DNA of 64,000 nucleotides from the IMG/VR virus record IMGVR_UViG_3300046001_006965, positions 18,970 through 82,969 of that record, one strand, 5' to 3'. The stretch is from a virus. Position 1 is the stretch's first letter, and each line of letters starts with the position of its first letter. Positions 18,845 through 27,677 of this stretch are shown here, one piece after another. The translations under genes and the position numbers were made by a program. Under the pieces are notes generated by a model. The model searched no databases. It saw only the letters and a program-made list of their open reading frames with translations, and had not been told where the DNA came from.

Positions 18845-19585
18845 CTAAAAAGGTGTTTTATTAAAATTAATTTTCATACCGTTACTCGCCACGGTGACGT
18901 TTTTTCCTGTGAGTTCTGCCACTTCTTTTTGAAATTGTTTTTCATCTGAATTGCTGTCTGAAAGATGTATCAAAACGATGTTGTTGACTTTCGTTAGATC
19001 ATTGGCAGCCAACATATCCTTGCAGTTGGCCAGCGAGAAATGAGATCTTAAAATCCGGTTTCTCAAAAATTCCTTTCCAGAATCAGCTCCAAACTTTCTG
19101 TCGATGATTTCCTTTGAGAAATTGGCTTCGATAATGATATTATTCAATCCCTTGAAAGTATATTCACAATAGTAGGTATCGGTCAGGAAAAGCACCTTTC
19201 CACAATCAGGATGCTCGATCAAGAACCCCAAAGGTTCCGCTGCATCGTGTTTCACATCGAAAGCCATTACCTTGAAGTTTCCAATTTGTACCGTTTGTCT
19301 GGGTTTGATTGCCGTGGCTCTTGGAAGTGAAAAAACAAAGCGTTTTTCCAATGTTCCGGCAGAAGCATACATATCAATTCCCAACTTTATCACATCATAA
19401 ATGGCTTTGGAGTGGTCAAAGTGTTCGTGTGTACAAAGACAACCAACCACTTTTGACAAATCAAAATTCAAGGCCTGTTTTATGTCCTTGATGTTTACAC
19501 CACACTCGATAAGCAAAGCCTCATTCTCGTTTCCAAGAATGTAGGCATTACCCTTTGAGCCAGTTCCTATTATGTTAAGATTCAT
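18845..19585 (-). CDS. Metallo-beta-lactamase-fold nuclease
   Basis: GSKGN, THEHFDH, HDAAEP, TDT, IEAN, HLS. Confidence 0.9.
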   Translation of the reverse strand: MNLNIIGTGSKGNAYILGNENEALLIECGVNIKDIKQALNFDLSKVVGCLCTHEHFDHSKAIYDVIKLGIDMYASAGTLEKRFVFSLPRATAIKPRQTVQIGNFKVMAFDVKHDAAEPLGFLIEHPDCGKVLFLTDTYYCEYTFKGLNNIIIEANFSKEIIDRKFGADSGKEFLRNRILRSHFSLANCKDMLAANDLTKVNNIVLIHLSDSNSDEKQFQKEVAELTGKNVTVASNGMKINFNKTPF

Positions 19586-19687
19586 CTGATTTAGATTTAA
19601 TAATTGAAAGACATATAACTATAAATACTGCAACAGCAAAGGCGGTATCTTTATGCCTTTCAATTGTTATGAAAAAAATTTCCATAA

Positions 19688-20560
19688 TTAGAAGTTTGGA
19701 CCTGCAGGAGTTTCTTCAAATTCCAATTTTTCGGAAACCACTGTTTCAGGATCTACCACCACCGCATCTTCGATGTTGTTTTCGAAATCCAAACTTTGCT
19801 TGTTGGCTTTGGTTTTGATTTCGTGTTGAACGTCTAATGCTGGTTTGTCTGAAAGTAATCCTTTGTCACTTGAAGAAGATGTTTCAATTTTAAGAGATCT
19901 TGCAATTACTGTTTTTTCACACATCTGGTCAGGAAATTTATTATGTGCCGGTGAATTCCCTTTTGCTCCACCCATTGACCAGGATGTTTTTATTTGGTCA
20001 ATTGTCATTATTTCAGAATCTGAACTTCCATCATTGTATGTAACAATTGCATAGGCGCCTACAATTTTATCATTGGCAATGTTTGCCAATTTTTGATTGT
20101 GTTTTGTGACATTTTTTCTTCCTGTAGAAAAATCAACTGAATATTCAAATTCGTCATCTTTATAAACAGTCACAGCATTCACTTCTTTAACATTTGCAAC
20201 CCTTTTGGCTATTGCAATATCTCCAATATATGATTGGTCAAACTGGAGCTTATTCCCATAAACAACAAAGTATCCTTGCTTTTTTGAAACACTTAAACCG
20301 CTTGTTACCATATCAAGAAAAGCATTTGCAATGCTTTCTTTGGTACAAACTTCAAGTGCTGGATTTCCTCCTCTATCCACTACTCCTTGTAATACCAACC
20401 AAGCGGCTCTAACTGCGTTTTCAGGAACATAATCAGATGGTAAAACGATCTCTCCTGTGGCTTGTATTTCGGCTATTCTGGACAATACACTATTTACAGT
20501 TGCTTCGGTAAATTTGTTTGTCTTTTTTTCTACTACTTGTACATTTTCTGTTGTGCTCAT
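19688..20560 (-). CDS. recT: RecT-family single-strand annealing recombinase
   Basis: CTKESIANA, QGYFVVYG, IVGAYA, DQMCEKTVI. Confidence 0.88.
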   Translation of the reverse strand: MSTTENVQVVEKKTNKFTEATVNSVLSRIAEIQATGEIVLPSDYVPENAVRAAWLVLQGVVDRGGNPALEVCTKESIANAFLDMVTSGLSVSKKQGYFVVYGNKLQFDQSYIGDIAIAKRVANVKEVNAVTVYKDDEFEYSVDFSTGRKNVTKHNQKLANIANDKIVGAYAIVTYNDGSSDSEIMTIDQIKTSWSMGGAKGNSPAHNKFPDQMCEKTVIARSLKIETSSSSDKGLLSDKPALDVQHEIKTKANKQSLDFENNIEDAVVVDPETVVSEKLEFEETPAGPNF

Positions 20561-20579
20561 TTTTTTAAAATTTGATTGT

Positions 20580-20795
20580 TTATAATTCTATTACTAATTG
20601 ATTACTGTTTATGATGGCTTCACACCTCACGAATTCAAGGTCAAAGGCTTGGGATTCGATTTCTTTTTTGGTATTTTGATTGTGTTTGCAGTTGGCGGTG
20701 CAATCAAAACTTCCAATTGTAATTCCTTTGTTTACCTTGCAATTTGCCAATAGATGACCGTCTTTGTTGCGTGGTATTTTGGTTTTATTTTCCAT
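20580..20795 (-). CDS. Hypothetical protein (start MENKTK)
   Basis: ORF following structured leader B. Confidence 0.55.
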   Translation of the reverse strand: MENKTKIPRNKDGHLLANCKVNKGITIGSFDCTANCKHNQNTKKEIESQAFDLEFVRCEAIINSNQLVIEL

Positions 20796-20809
20796 TTTAA
20801 AATAAAAAT

Positions 20810-20891
20810 GCCTTCGAAAAATCAATTACCGTCCGACGGGCAATCTCTTTTAAGAAGGCTAAAAGTTTAAAGTTCTACTGTCGGACGAACT
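20810..20891 (-). ncRNA. Structured leader B (two hairpins with complementary loops)
   Basis: Loops GUCCGAC and GUCGGAC; same architecture as leader A. Confidence 0.55.
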
Positions 20892-20915
20892 ACTTTGTAA
20901 ATATACAAATTAAAA

Positions 20916-20950
20916 TAACATATTTTGCAATTAAATAACTAAATATGTTA
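20916..20950 (-). promoter_or_regulatory. 35-bp operator (copy 4)
   Basis: TAACATATT-N17-AATATGTTA. Confidence 0.65.
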
Positions 20951-20967
20951 TTATTTTTTAGCATCCA

Positions 20968-23043
20968 TTAGGCAGCTTGAAGTATTAATGGTAATCCTGT
21001 TTTTGCATCAATTAAAATTCCGTTTACTTTTGGATTTCCAACATTTAAAACAGAACCCTTCCATACATTAAGATTTACTAACTGGCTTTCAATATCAATA
21101 ACCTCGATAATGCTTTCCCTGTTGTCGATAAAGATGGGAGCCGTAACTTGGTAGAATTCGCAAAGCGTGTTGATGATGTCCAGTCCGGCATTAATTCTGG
21201 ATGCAGTATTAGCATCACTGAACGGCACGCCATCGATTAAAGCATCACAGCATTCAGATTCTCCACCATTGATTTGCGTTTCGAACATTCTGAATTTTAC
21301 GAACTTGAATTTCTCGTTGATCTTGGATTCAAGCGTATCTATTTTCAGTTTGTTGAAACGTTCTATAACGAATTGCGTTTTCTCGACATTGGCGATTTGT
21401 TGTGCCAAATCCTTTTCCTCTTGCTCCAGGGCTGCAATACGATTGTCAACGGCTTTGATTTGGTCCTCGTTACGTAATTGTGATTTGATTTCGTCAATGG
21501 CGGTTACCAAGGCTGAACGGGTGCTTTGCAATTCTGAAATATCAACCACCGGAACATCTTCTATGGTTGCCAGAATTGTTTTGAGCTCAATTTTCTTATC
21601 AAGGTAATTGTGATTTGTTGAAAGTGAGTGCTCATAAATAGCTGTTTCGTCAACCGCTGCCGTTGGTGTAACTTTTGAAGTTTCGGTTTCTATTTCTAGT
21701 TTTAAAGATTCGATTTCTTTGCCTAAATCAGCAACCATTTTTTCTCCTTTTTCGATTCGTTCCGCAAATAACCAAACCTCAGCTTGCACAACTCCTTTTT
21801 CGTCTCCCAATGCTTTTCCTTGTCTTTGAATTTCTGCAAGGCTACTGGCTTTTGCTGTTTTGAAATTGGATAACATTTCGGTTTTTTTGCCTTTAACATC
21901 ACCTGCTTCAAAATCACGCTTGCATGTTGGACAATGAAAATCGTTATCATTGAAAGTCAATTCCTTTGCGTTTTCAATTCCCCAAGCTTCACGTTTTGCA
22001 AGAATCTGTTTTTCGAGATTGTTTAAATCTTCAGTTCGCATTGTCTTTTTGGAATGCAATAACTGAACTCCATTTTTGGCGCTTTGCAAGTCGGCCACTT
22101 TTGCTTCGTGGGTTCTTTTCAATCCATCCAGAACCGATGTGTCAGGAATTGATTTGCGTTGTGATTCTCTTTTTGCGTTGGCTTCAATCGTTTCGATGTC
22201 CGATTTGATGCTGTTGGCTTTAGCTTTCTTTTGGTTCACTTCGGCAAGTGCTCCATCAAAAGCAGCCGATTTATTTTGGATGGCTTGATCTACTTTTTTA
22301 AGGTCCGTTTCTTTCAATCCTAGACCTACTTTTAAATTATTGAAATCAACTGCCTCTGGACGTGATTTGTAAACCTCATCAATTCGAACTGGGATTCCTT
22401 TCAAATCTTCTTTTGCTTTTTTGATGGAAGCAAGAATTTGTTTTTGATATTCAACCAATGTTTTCCCGTTGGTTAATTGTGCCACCAAATTTTCATATTC
22501 TGCGTTTCCTGCTGCCAAATCACCGTCCGAAATTGCACCGGCAATAGCTACTAAAACATTTCTTCTGTCTTGCCATTTCAAGGAATTAAACGCCAATGGA
22601 TTTGTGATCATTTTGAAAACTGTTTCCTCCAGAATGGCGCTCACTTTTTCTTGAAATGTTTTTTGTTGCATTGGCACGCCATCCCAATAATACTCTGTTA
22701 CGTTGCCTGAAAACTCGGTAACTTCCGAACCTCTTTTTTTAACCCAGTTTTCTTTTAGGATTTTTGAAATTTCAATCTTCACATCATCGACCAGGATAAC
22801 CGATGCCACTTCATGTTCTATTTTTGGGATTGCCACATTAAATTTATCTAATGTTTTTATCTCAAAATCTTTTCTGTCTGTAGAATCTTTCCCAAACAAC
22901 ATCCAGAGAAAAGCATCCATGATGGTTGTTTTTCCGGTTCCGTTTGCTCCAAAAATATCAGTGTTCTTATTGAACGTGATTTTTTCATTTCTCAGTCCTT
23001 TGAAGTTAGTAAGGCTGATTTCTAAAATTTGAATTGTTTTCAT
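20968..23043 (-). CDS. SbcC/Rad50-like ABC ATPase
   Basis: NFKG, GANGTGKTT, coiled coil with CPTC zinc hook, PIFIDNRES. Confidence 0.9.
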   Translation of the reverse strand: MKTIQILEISLTNFKGLRNEKITFNKNTDIFGANGTGKTTIMDAFLWMLFGKDSTDRKDFEIKTLDKFNVAIPKIEHEVASVILVDDVKIEISKILKENWVKKRGSEVTEFSGNVTEYYWDGVPMQQKTFQEKVSAILEETVFKMITNPLAFNSLKWQDRRNVLVAIAGAISDGDLAAGNAEYENLVAQLTNGKTLVEYQKQILASIKKAKEDLKGIPVRIDEVYKSRPEAVDFNNLKVGLGLKETDLKKVDQAIQNKSAAFDGALAEVNQKKAKANSIKSDIETIEANAKRESQRKSIPDTSVLDGLKRTHEAKVADLQSAKNGVQLLHSKKTMRTEDLNNLEKQILAKREAWGIENAKELTFNDNDFHCPTCKRDFEAGDVKGKKTEMLSNFKTAKASSLAEIQRQGKALGDEKGVVQAEVWLFAERIEKGEKMVADLGKEIESLKLEIETETSKVTPTAAVDETAIYEHSLSTNHNYLDKKIELKTILATIEDVPVVDISELQSTRSALVTAIDEIKSQLRNEDQIKAVDNRIAALEQEEKDLAQQIANVEKTQFVIERFNKLKIDTLESKINEKFKFVKFRMFETQINGGESECCDALIDGVPFSDANTASRINAGLDIINTLCEFYQVTAPIFIDNRESIIEVIDIESQLVNLNVWKGSVLNVGNPKVNGILIDAKTGLPLILQAA

Positions 23044-23066
23044 TTTACTCGTTTTAAATTTGATTG

Positions 23067-23342
23067 TTATAATTTCTCTACTAATATTTCCAGTGCTTTT
23101 GACTCAAAAGACACGTTTGTTTCGATGGAATAAAGCGCATTGGCTATTGTGGTGTATGCTGCTTTTCGCACGTTGTTTTTGGTAATTTCAGCTTCATTCA
23201 TACATCCGTGAATGAATGCGGTGAAGTCTTGGTATGTTTCCACTTTGAGATAAGCGCTTTCGATGTAGGCATATACGAAAGGGAACATTGGAAACTTAAT
23301 GTCCGGTTTGGTGAATTCTGAATTAATTTGTAGTTTTGACAT
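23067..23342 (-). CDS. Hypothetical protein
   Basis: 91-aa ORF. Confidence 0.55.
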   Translation of the reverse strand: MSKLQINSEFTKPDIKFPMFPFVYAYIESAYLKVETYQDFTAFIHGCMNEAEITKNNVRKAAYTTIANALYSIETNVSFESKALEILVEKL

Positions 23343-23416
23343 CTCTAAAAGTTTTTAATTATTACTCGTGATTGAAAATTTGATTGTAAAAACCACTTTT
23401 CGCGAAGTGGTTTTTT

Positions 23417-23644
23417 TTATTTTGTTAAACTTGCTATTGCTTCCAGTTTCTTTTCGGGAGACAGTTCGTATTTACCCTTTCGGGCGGAACTGGAAGCTCC
23501 CAAACTATCCAGTTCCAACTCTAAGTATCTCTTACGGCTTGTAATCGAACTTAATCCTTGCATAAAGAGCTGCTCCTGGGTTTCTAATTCCCTTGTTTCT
23601 CTTTTTATGAATGCTATTTTTTCTAGTCTATTCATCAGTGCCAT
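23417..23644 (-). CDS. Hypothetical protein
   Basis: Followed by hairpin AAAACCACTT-ttcgcg-AAGTGGTTTT at ~23388-23414. Confidence 0.55.
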   Translation of the reverse strand: MALMNRLEKIAFIKRETRELETQEQLFMQGLSSITSRKRYLELELDSLGASSSARKGKYELSPEKKLEAIASLTK

Positions 23645-23742
23645 CTATTTAGTTTATCATAAACCCACTTGCCCAAATTCAGCAATCCCAAAATTGCTAT
23701 CAGGATTATGCAGACAATAATTCCAAGATCGTATCTATCCAT
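23635..23742 (-). CDS. 35-aa transmembrane peptide
   Basis: Hand translation MDRYDLGIIVCIILIAILGLLNLGKWVYDKLNRWH. Confidence 0.45.
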   Translation of the reverse strand: MDRYDLGIIVCIILIAILGLLNLGKWVYDKLNRWH

Positions 23743-23869
23743 TTTGGCTTGAGTGTTAAAAGGGTTAAACCAATTAAGGCATCTGATCCAAACCCAACTG
23801 AACAGATCAGTAAAAATGTTTGGTAAATTCTGTGAGTTCTTTCGTCGTCGTAGTTCATGGCATAAATTT

Positions 23870-24094
23870 TTACAATGATTTCATTTTTCTAAATGATGCA
23901 ATTGTTTCTTCGGAATACACCAGTTTGACCCGGTGCGTTACGTGTCCAGAGCTGTTTCTTTTTTCGGGAACCGGAACCCTGTTTGCGTTGTCACTCACTT
24001 CAATGAAATGATGCAATCCGCTGTCGGCCACAAAAACCACTTGCAGAAATTTGCCGGTTTTTGTTTTGTAGACTTGGTTGAGTTCTACTGCCAT
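23870..24094 (-). CDS. Hypothetical protein
   Basis: 74-aa ORF in the early operon. Confidence 0.55.
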   Translation of the reverse strand: MAVELNQVYKTKTGKFLQVVFVADSGLHHFIEVSDNANRVPVPEKRNSSGHVTHRVKLVYSEETIASFRKMKSL

Positions 24095-24195
24095 TATCCT
24101 TTCATATCGCCAAAGGCAACAACAAAAGAGATCATCGCTAAAGCGGAAAGCCAGAAAATGATTGTGGCTTTGTTGGTTTTGATTAACTGTTTCAT
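24094..24195 (-). CDS. 33-aa transmembrane peptide
   Basis: Hand translation MKQLIKTNKATIIFWLSALAMISFVVAFGDMKG; stop overlaps the next ATG. Confidence 0.5.
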   Translation of the reverse strand: MKQLIKTNKATIIFWLSALAMISFVVAFGDMKG

Positions 24196-24217
24196 GGTAG
24201 TTATTTTTTAGGGTTAA

Positions 24218-24430
24218 CTAATTGGTGATTGTTTCTGTTTCAAAAATTTCTTTTTCTTTTAATCCGGTAGATTTATAGTATTTAACAGCTTTGAATTTTG
24301 TCAAATTATCGCTATTGCGTTCTGCTAATTGTTCTACATTTCTTTCGGTAACTCCTAAAGCTAGAGCAGTATGCTGACGAAATACCCTGTCTGTTTTAAT
24401 TTTATTAAGTATTAATTGTGATACTTTCAT
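24218..24430 (-). CDS. Cro-like regulator
   Basis: TALALGVTERNV HTH; divergent from the repressor; start MKVSQ. Confidence 0.7.
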   Translation of the reverse strand: MKVSQLILNKIKTDRVFRQHTALALGVTERNVEQLAERNSDNLTKFKAVKYYKSTGLKEKEIFETETITN

Positions 24431-24546
24431 TATTTTTATGTATTTTTGTTCGTATATATATGCAAATATACACCGAATATTCATATAACAAAACAAATAA
24501 CACCTTTTTTTCGTGTTTATTTGAATTATTTTTTAAAAGTTTTAAA

Positions 24547-24921
24547 ATGAATGGTTTACAATTAAAAGAAAAGCGAAATAGACTAGGCCTAACCCAGACA
24601 GAACTGGCAGAACAGGTTGGAGTTGCTATGCGTACCGTTCAAAATTGGGAGAAAAATACAAATAAAATACCAAAAAGCACCGAGGTATTTATTGACGAGC
24701 TACTTAAAAACACCGAAATTTCATATTTGAATACATCTAATAAACCCGAAGAGTCTAATCCTACCTACACTATCAAGGAAAAAATGACCACAGAAAGCCC
24801 ACCTCAAAAAGAGAATGACCACGAATATGTTGTCGTTAGTAGGTTAACAAAGATGTTAGACGATGCTTATCAGGAAATAAAATTGCTTCGTCAAGAGTTG
24901 GAACGAAAGAAAAACAATTGA
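24547..24921 (+). CDS. XRE-family HTH repressor (CI-like, no S24 peptidase domain)
   Basis: LKEKRNRLGLTQTELAEQVGVAMRTVQNWEK. Confidence 0.85.
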   Translation: MNGLQLKEKRNRLGLTQTELAEQVGVAMRTVQNWEKNTNKIPKSTEVFIDELLKNTEISYLNTSNKPEESNPTYTIKEKMTTESPPQKENDHEYVVVSRLTKMLDDAYQEIKLLRQELERKKNN

Positions 24922-25123
24922 ATTTTTAGAATTAAAATTTCAGAATAGGCACAAATTAGTCTGCAAATCAATACAGCACATTGGATTTTTGGGGGCATTA
25001 CAAATTATTTAAGAATTAAAAATTGAAATTAAGTTTATAAAAATTATCGTTTTTACGGGAAACCTCATTTTTGAATTTCTTGTAATTTGCAGATTAATAT
25101 TCAACAAGTTAAAAACAACGATT

Positions 25124-25678
25124 ATGAAAAATATTATTTTAGTAATATTAGTATTATTTAATTTATCTATTTACGGCCAAGAAGCTGAATTCAAATTCAC
25201 TAAAGATGGCCTTACTGATTTTGTTATAACACCAGTAAATGGTAAAACCCAATCCGAGCTTTACAAAAAAACATTGGAGTGGGTTTCTTATTCTTTTAAA
25301 GAACCAGCAGAGGTTATAAAAGCGAATATCGAAAATGAGTATATTCGAATAGAAGGATTTAGCAAAGAATTAATTTGCTACAGTTATATGGGAAAAAGAT
25401 GTGGAGATACCAAGTATGAAATCGAAATTTCATTTAAAGATGGAAAATACAAATTTGATGTTTTGAGTATTTTAGAATACAACAATATGTCTAAATCTAT
25501 TTTGTGGACCAATTTCGAGATCAATAATACTGCAGCTTATTTTGATAAAAAAGGAGAGGTAAAGAGCTCGTACAAGTTTATCGTTAAAACGGTTCCGGAG
25601 TATTTCAATAAACTTAACATAAACTTAAGAGATTTTTTAATTAGTGATGGAGTTTCCAGCAAAAAAAACGATTGGTAA
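25124..25678 (+). CDS. Secreted DUF4468-like protein
   Basis: Signal peptide; GKTQSELY...W; ISFKDGKYKF. Confidence 0.7.
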   Translation: MKNIILVILVLFNLSIYGQEAEFKFTKDGLTDFVITPVNGKTQSELYKKTLEWVSYSFKEPAEVIKANIENEYIRIEGFSKELICYSYMGKRCGDTKYEIEISFKDGKYKFDVLSILEYNNMSKSILWTNFEINNTAAYFDKKGEVKSSYKFIVKTVPEYFNKLNINLRDFLISDGVSSKKNDW

Positions 25679-25941
25679 TGTACACTTCAGATGAAAGAAT
25701 AATCCACCTTATTGATCTTTTGAAATATCAAAAGACAATTATCTATGATAAAGATTTTTGTCAAGATGTAGGAATGTTGGAGCAAACCGTTTCAAAAATA
25801 AAAAAAGGCAAAAATCATTTTACGGTATTGCAAATTGAAGCGATCTGCAAAAAATACAATGTGAATGCCAACTGGATTTTTGGAGTTCAAAAAAACATCT
25901 TTAATATTCCTCAGCCCAAACAAATAAAGGAGTTAAGCTAA
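25672..25941 (+). CDS. HTH DNA-binding protein
   Basis: FCQDVGMLEQTVSKIKKG...YNVNANWIFG. Confidence 0.75.
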   Translation: MVMYTSDERIIHLIDLLKYQKTIIYDKDFCQDVGMLEQTVSKIKKGKNHFTVLQIEAICKKYNVNANWIFGVQKNIFNIPQPKQIKELS

Positions 25942-25942
25942 A

Positions 25943-26212
25943 AGGGTTACCGGCAACCCTGCAAAACACTAAAATCATAAAAAAGAAGCAAAAATGATAA
26001 AAAACAAATAACTAAACGCCTGATTTTACAGTAATTACAATAGGATACAAATGCGAGTTTGGTTTTCATAACCCTGAGGTCCCGAGTTCAAATCTCGGTC
26101 TCGCTACAAATTAAAACAACACTTAAACCCACTCCCAACAAGGGTTTAAGTGTTTTAATAAAAAATCTTACGGCTTGTAATTACTTAAATCGGCAACCCT
26201 ACCGACAACCCT
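25943..26212 (+). other. attP-like site: tRNA-Met 3' half as core (26066-26109) with arm-type repeats on both sides
   Basis: Core TCATAACCCTGAGGTCCCGAGTTCAAATCTCGGTCTCGCTACAA with no 5' tRNA half; CG(G/A)CAACCCT at 25951, 26191 and 26203; terminator-like hairpin at 26118-26156. Confidence 0.8.
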
Positions 26213-26226
26213 AAAGTAATTACATC

Positions 26227-27432
26227 ATGGCAAAAAATTTATTATTCGATTGTGCGTACTCTGACCTATGGGTACACCCCGAAAACTGGAAAACACTGAC
26301 TTCCCAGAAATCATTACAACTTGACTGGCGCGTGGAATGCAAATTCTATGACCCTAAATTTAAGGAAAAGTACCCAAAAGGCTTTTTATTCAGAAAAAAA
26401 CTTAACCGGTTCCGATCATTGGAGGAACGTAAAGCTGTTGTCGAAACGTGGTTAAAGGAAATCCCAAAACTTTTTGAAGACAAAGGATATAATCCAATTA
26501 CCAAAAAATACATGGTTCAGGAACTCAAACCAGTTCCAGGATCATTGCACCCGAAATTAAACTTTGTTGAAGCTCTCAAAATCGCTTATCCCTTGTTGTC
26601 GGTTTCCGAAGGCGTAACGAAAGAGATCAGGAGAATTGTCGCCAAGGTGGAGAAATCAGCAATTGCATTGAAAATGGAATTTCCTATATGTGAAATTCAC
26701 AGCGGCCATGTCCGTGATTTGTTGGATCCTTTGGACTTGACACCAAACGAATATAATAAATACCTCACTCATTTATCAATTGTGCTCTCTGACTTGGTGG
26801 AAAAAAGAATGGTTTTTCACAATCCTATTAAGGACATCAAAAAGAAAAAAACAGTCAAGAAAATTCGTGAAACCCTTGAAGTTGACGAACTGAACAAAAT
26901 ATTCAAGATTCTAAAAACAGAAAATTATACTTTTTTCAGATATGGCATGATATTCTTTCATTCCGGAGCCAGAACCGCTGAATTGTTTCGAGTTCAGAAA
27001 AAGGATGTAAATCTAGCCAAGCAGGAATATAAAATAACTATCCTGAAAGGCAGTGTCAGCAAGGAAGTAATCAAGGTTATATTGCCAAACGCATTGCCTT
27101 TCTGGACCGAAATTATCAATGAATGTACCGATGATGAAGATTATCTGTTTACAAGAGGCTTGAAGCCGTCATTGATTCCAATACAAGCATTTCAAATCAG
27201 CATTAGATGGAGGCGTTGGGTAAAAAAGAAATTAGATGTAACTGCTGATTTTTATGCATTGAAACATTTGTTCCTGGACGAACTAGACAAAGCTTCAGAT
27301 GGTGAAAGTAATTTATCAAAAGGAATGGCCTCACACGAAACGAATGTTACAGAAACGGTATACTTAGTAGGTAGAAATAATCGAAAAAATGAAGCATTGA
27401 AAAAGATAAACATTCAATTCTTAAATATATAA
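26227..27432 (+). CDS. int: Tyrosine recombinase/integrase
   Basis: SGARTAEL (R), K, FYALKH (HxxR variant), MASH, terminal VY; adjacent to att. Confidence 0.92.
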   Translation: MAKNLLFDCAYSDLWVHPENWKTLTSQKSLQLDWRVECKFYDPKFKEKYPKGFLFRKKLNRFRSLEERKAVVETWLKEIPKLFEDKGYNPITKKYMVQELKPVPGSLHPKLNFVEALKIAYPLLSVSEGVTKEIRRIVAKVEKSAIALKMEFPICEIHSGHVRDLLDPLDLTPNEYNKYLTHLSIVLSDLVEKRMVFHNPIKDIKKKKTVKKIRETLEVDELNKIFKILKTENYTFFRYGMIFFHSGARTAELFRVQKKDVNLAKQEYKITILKGSVSKEVIKVILPNALPFWTEIINECTDDEDYLFTRGLKPSLIPIQAFQISIRWRRWVKKKLDVTADFYALKHLFLDELDKASDGESNLSKGMASHETNVTETVYLVGRNNRKNEALKKINIQFLNI

Positions 27433-27442
27433 ATTTGCATAT

Positions 27443-27529
27443 ATGATAATACTAGACATCATAATTTCGGCAGTGGTTTTTATTTTTGTTGGGAGATTAC
27501 TTTGGTACAAATTCAAGCAACCCGGGTGA
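27443..27529 (+). CDS. 28-aa hydrophobic peptide (type I toxin-like)
   Basis: MIILDIIISAVVFIFVGRLLWYKFKQPG; TAAATTTG -7 box at 27430-27437. Confidence 0.45.
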   Translation: MIILDIIISAVVFIFVGRLLWYKFKQPG

Positions 27530-27620
27530 TAAGTATCACAATGATAGCTGGAAGAGTAGGAACAAATAATACATATTTCTTCAAAAATTATATACAATAA
27601 ATCATCAAAATTATATAATC

Positions 27621-27650
27621 AAAAAAGCGCACCAGTAATGATGCGCTTTT
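27621..27650. terminator. Bidirectional terminator
   Basis: AAAAGCGCA-ccagtaatga-TGCGCTTTT between convergent units. Confidence 0.6.
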
Positions 27651-27677
27651 ACGACTAACCAAAATAATAAAAAGGCG

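Noticed and set aside
24418-24546. Long N-terminal extensions of cI and cro in the ORF track
   Set aside because: They overlap the divergent promoter region; more plausible ATGs are at 24547 (+) and 24430 (-).
26041-26110. Functional host tRNA-Met gene
   Set aside because: The 5' acceptor strand and D-arm are missing, so it is treated as an att core.
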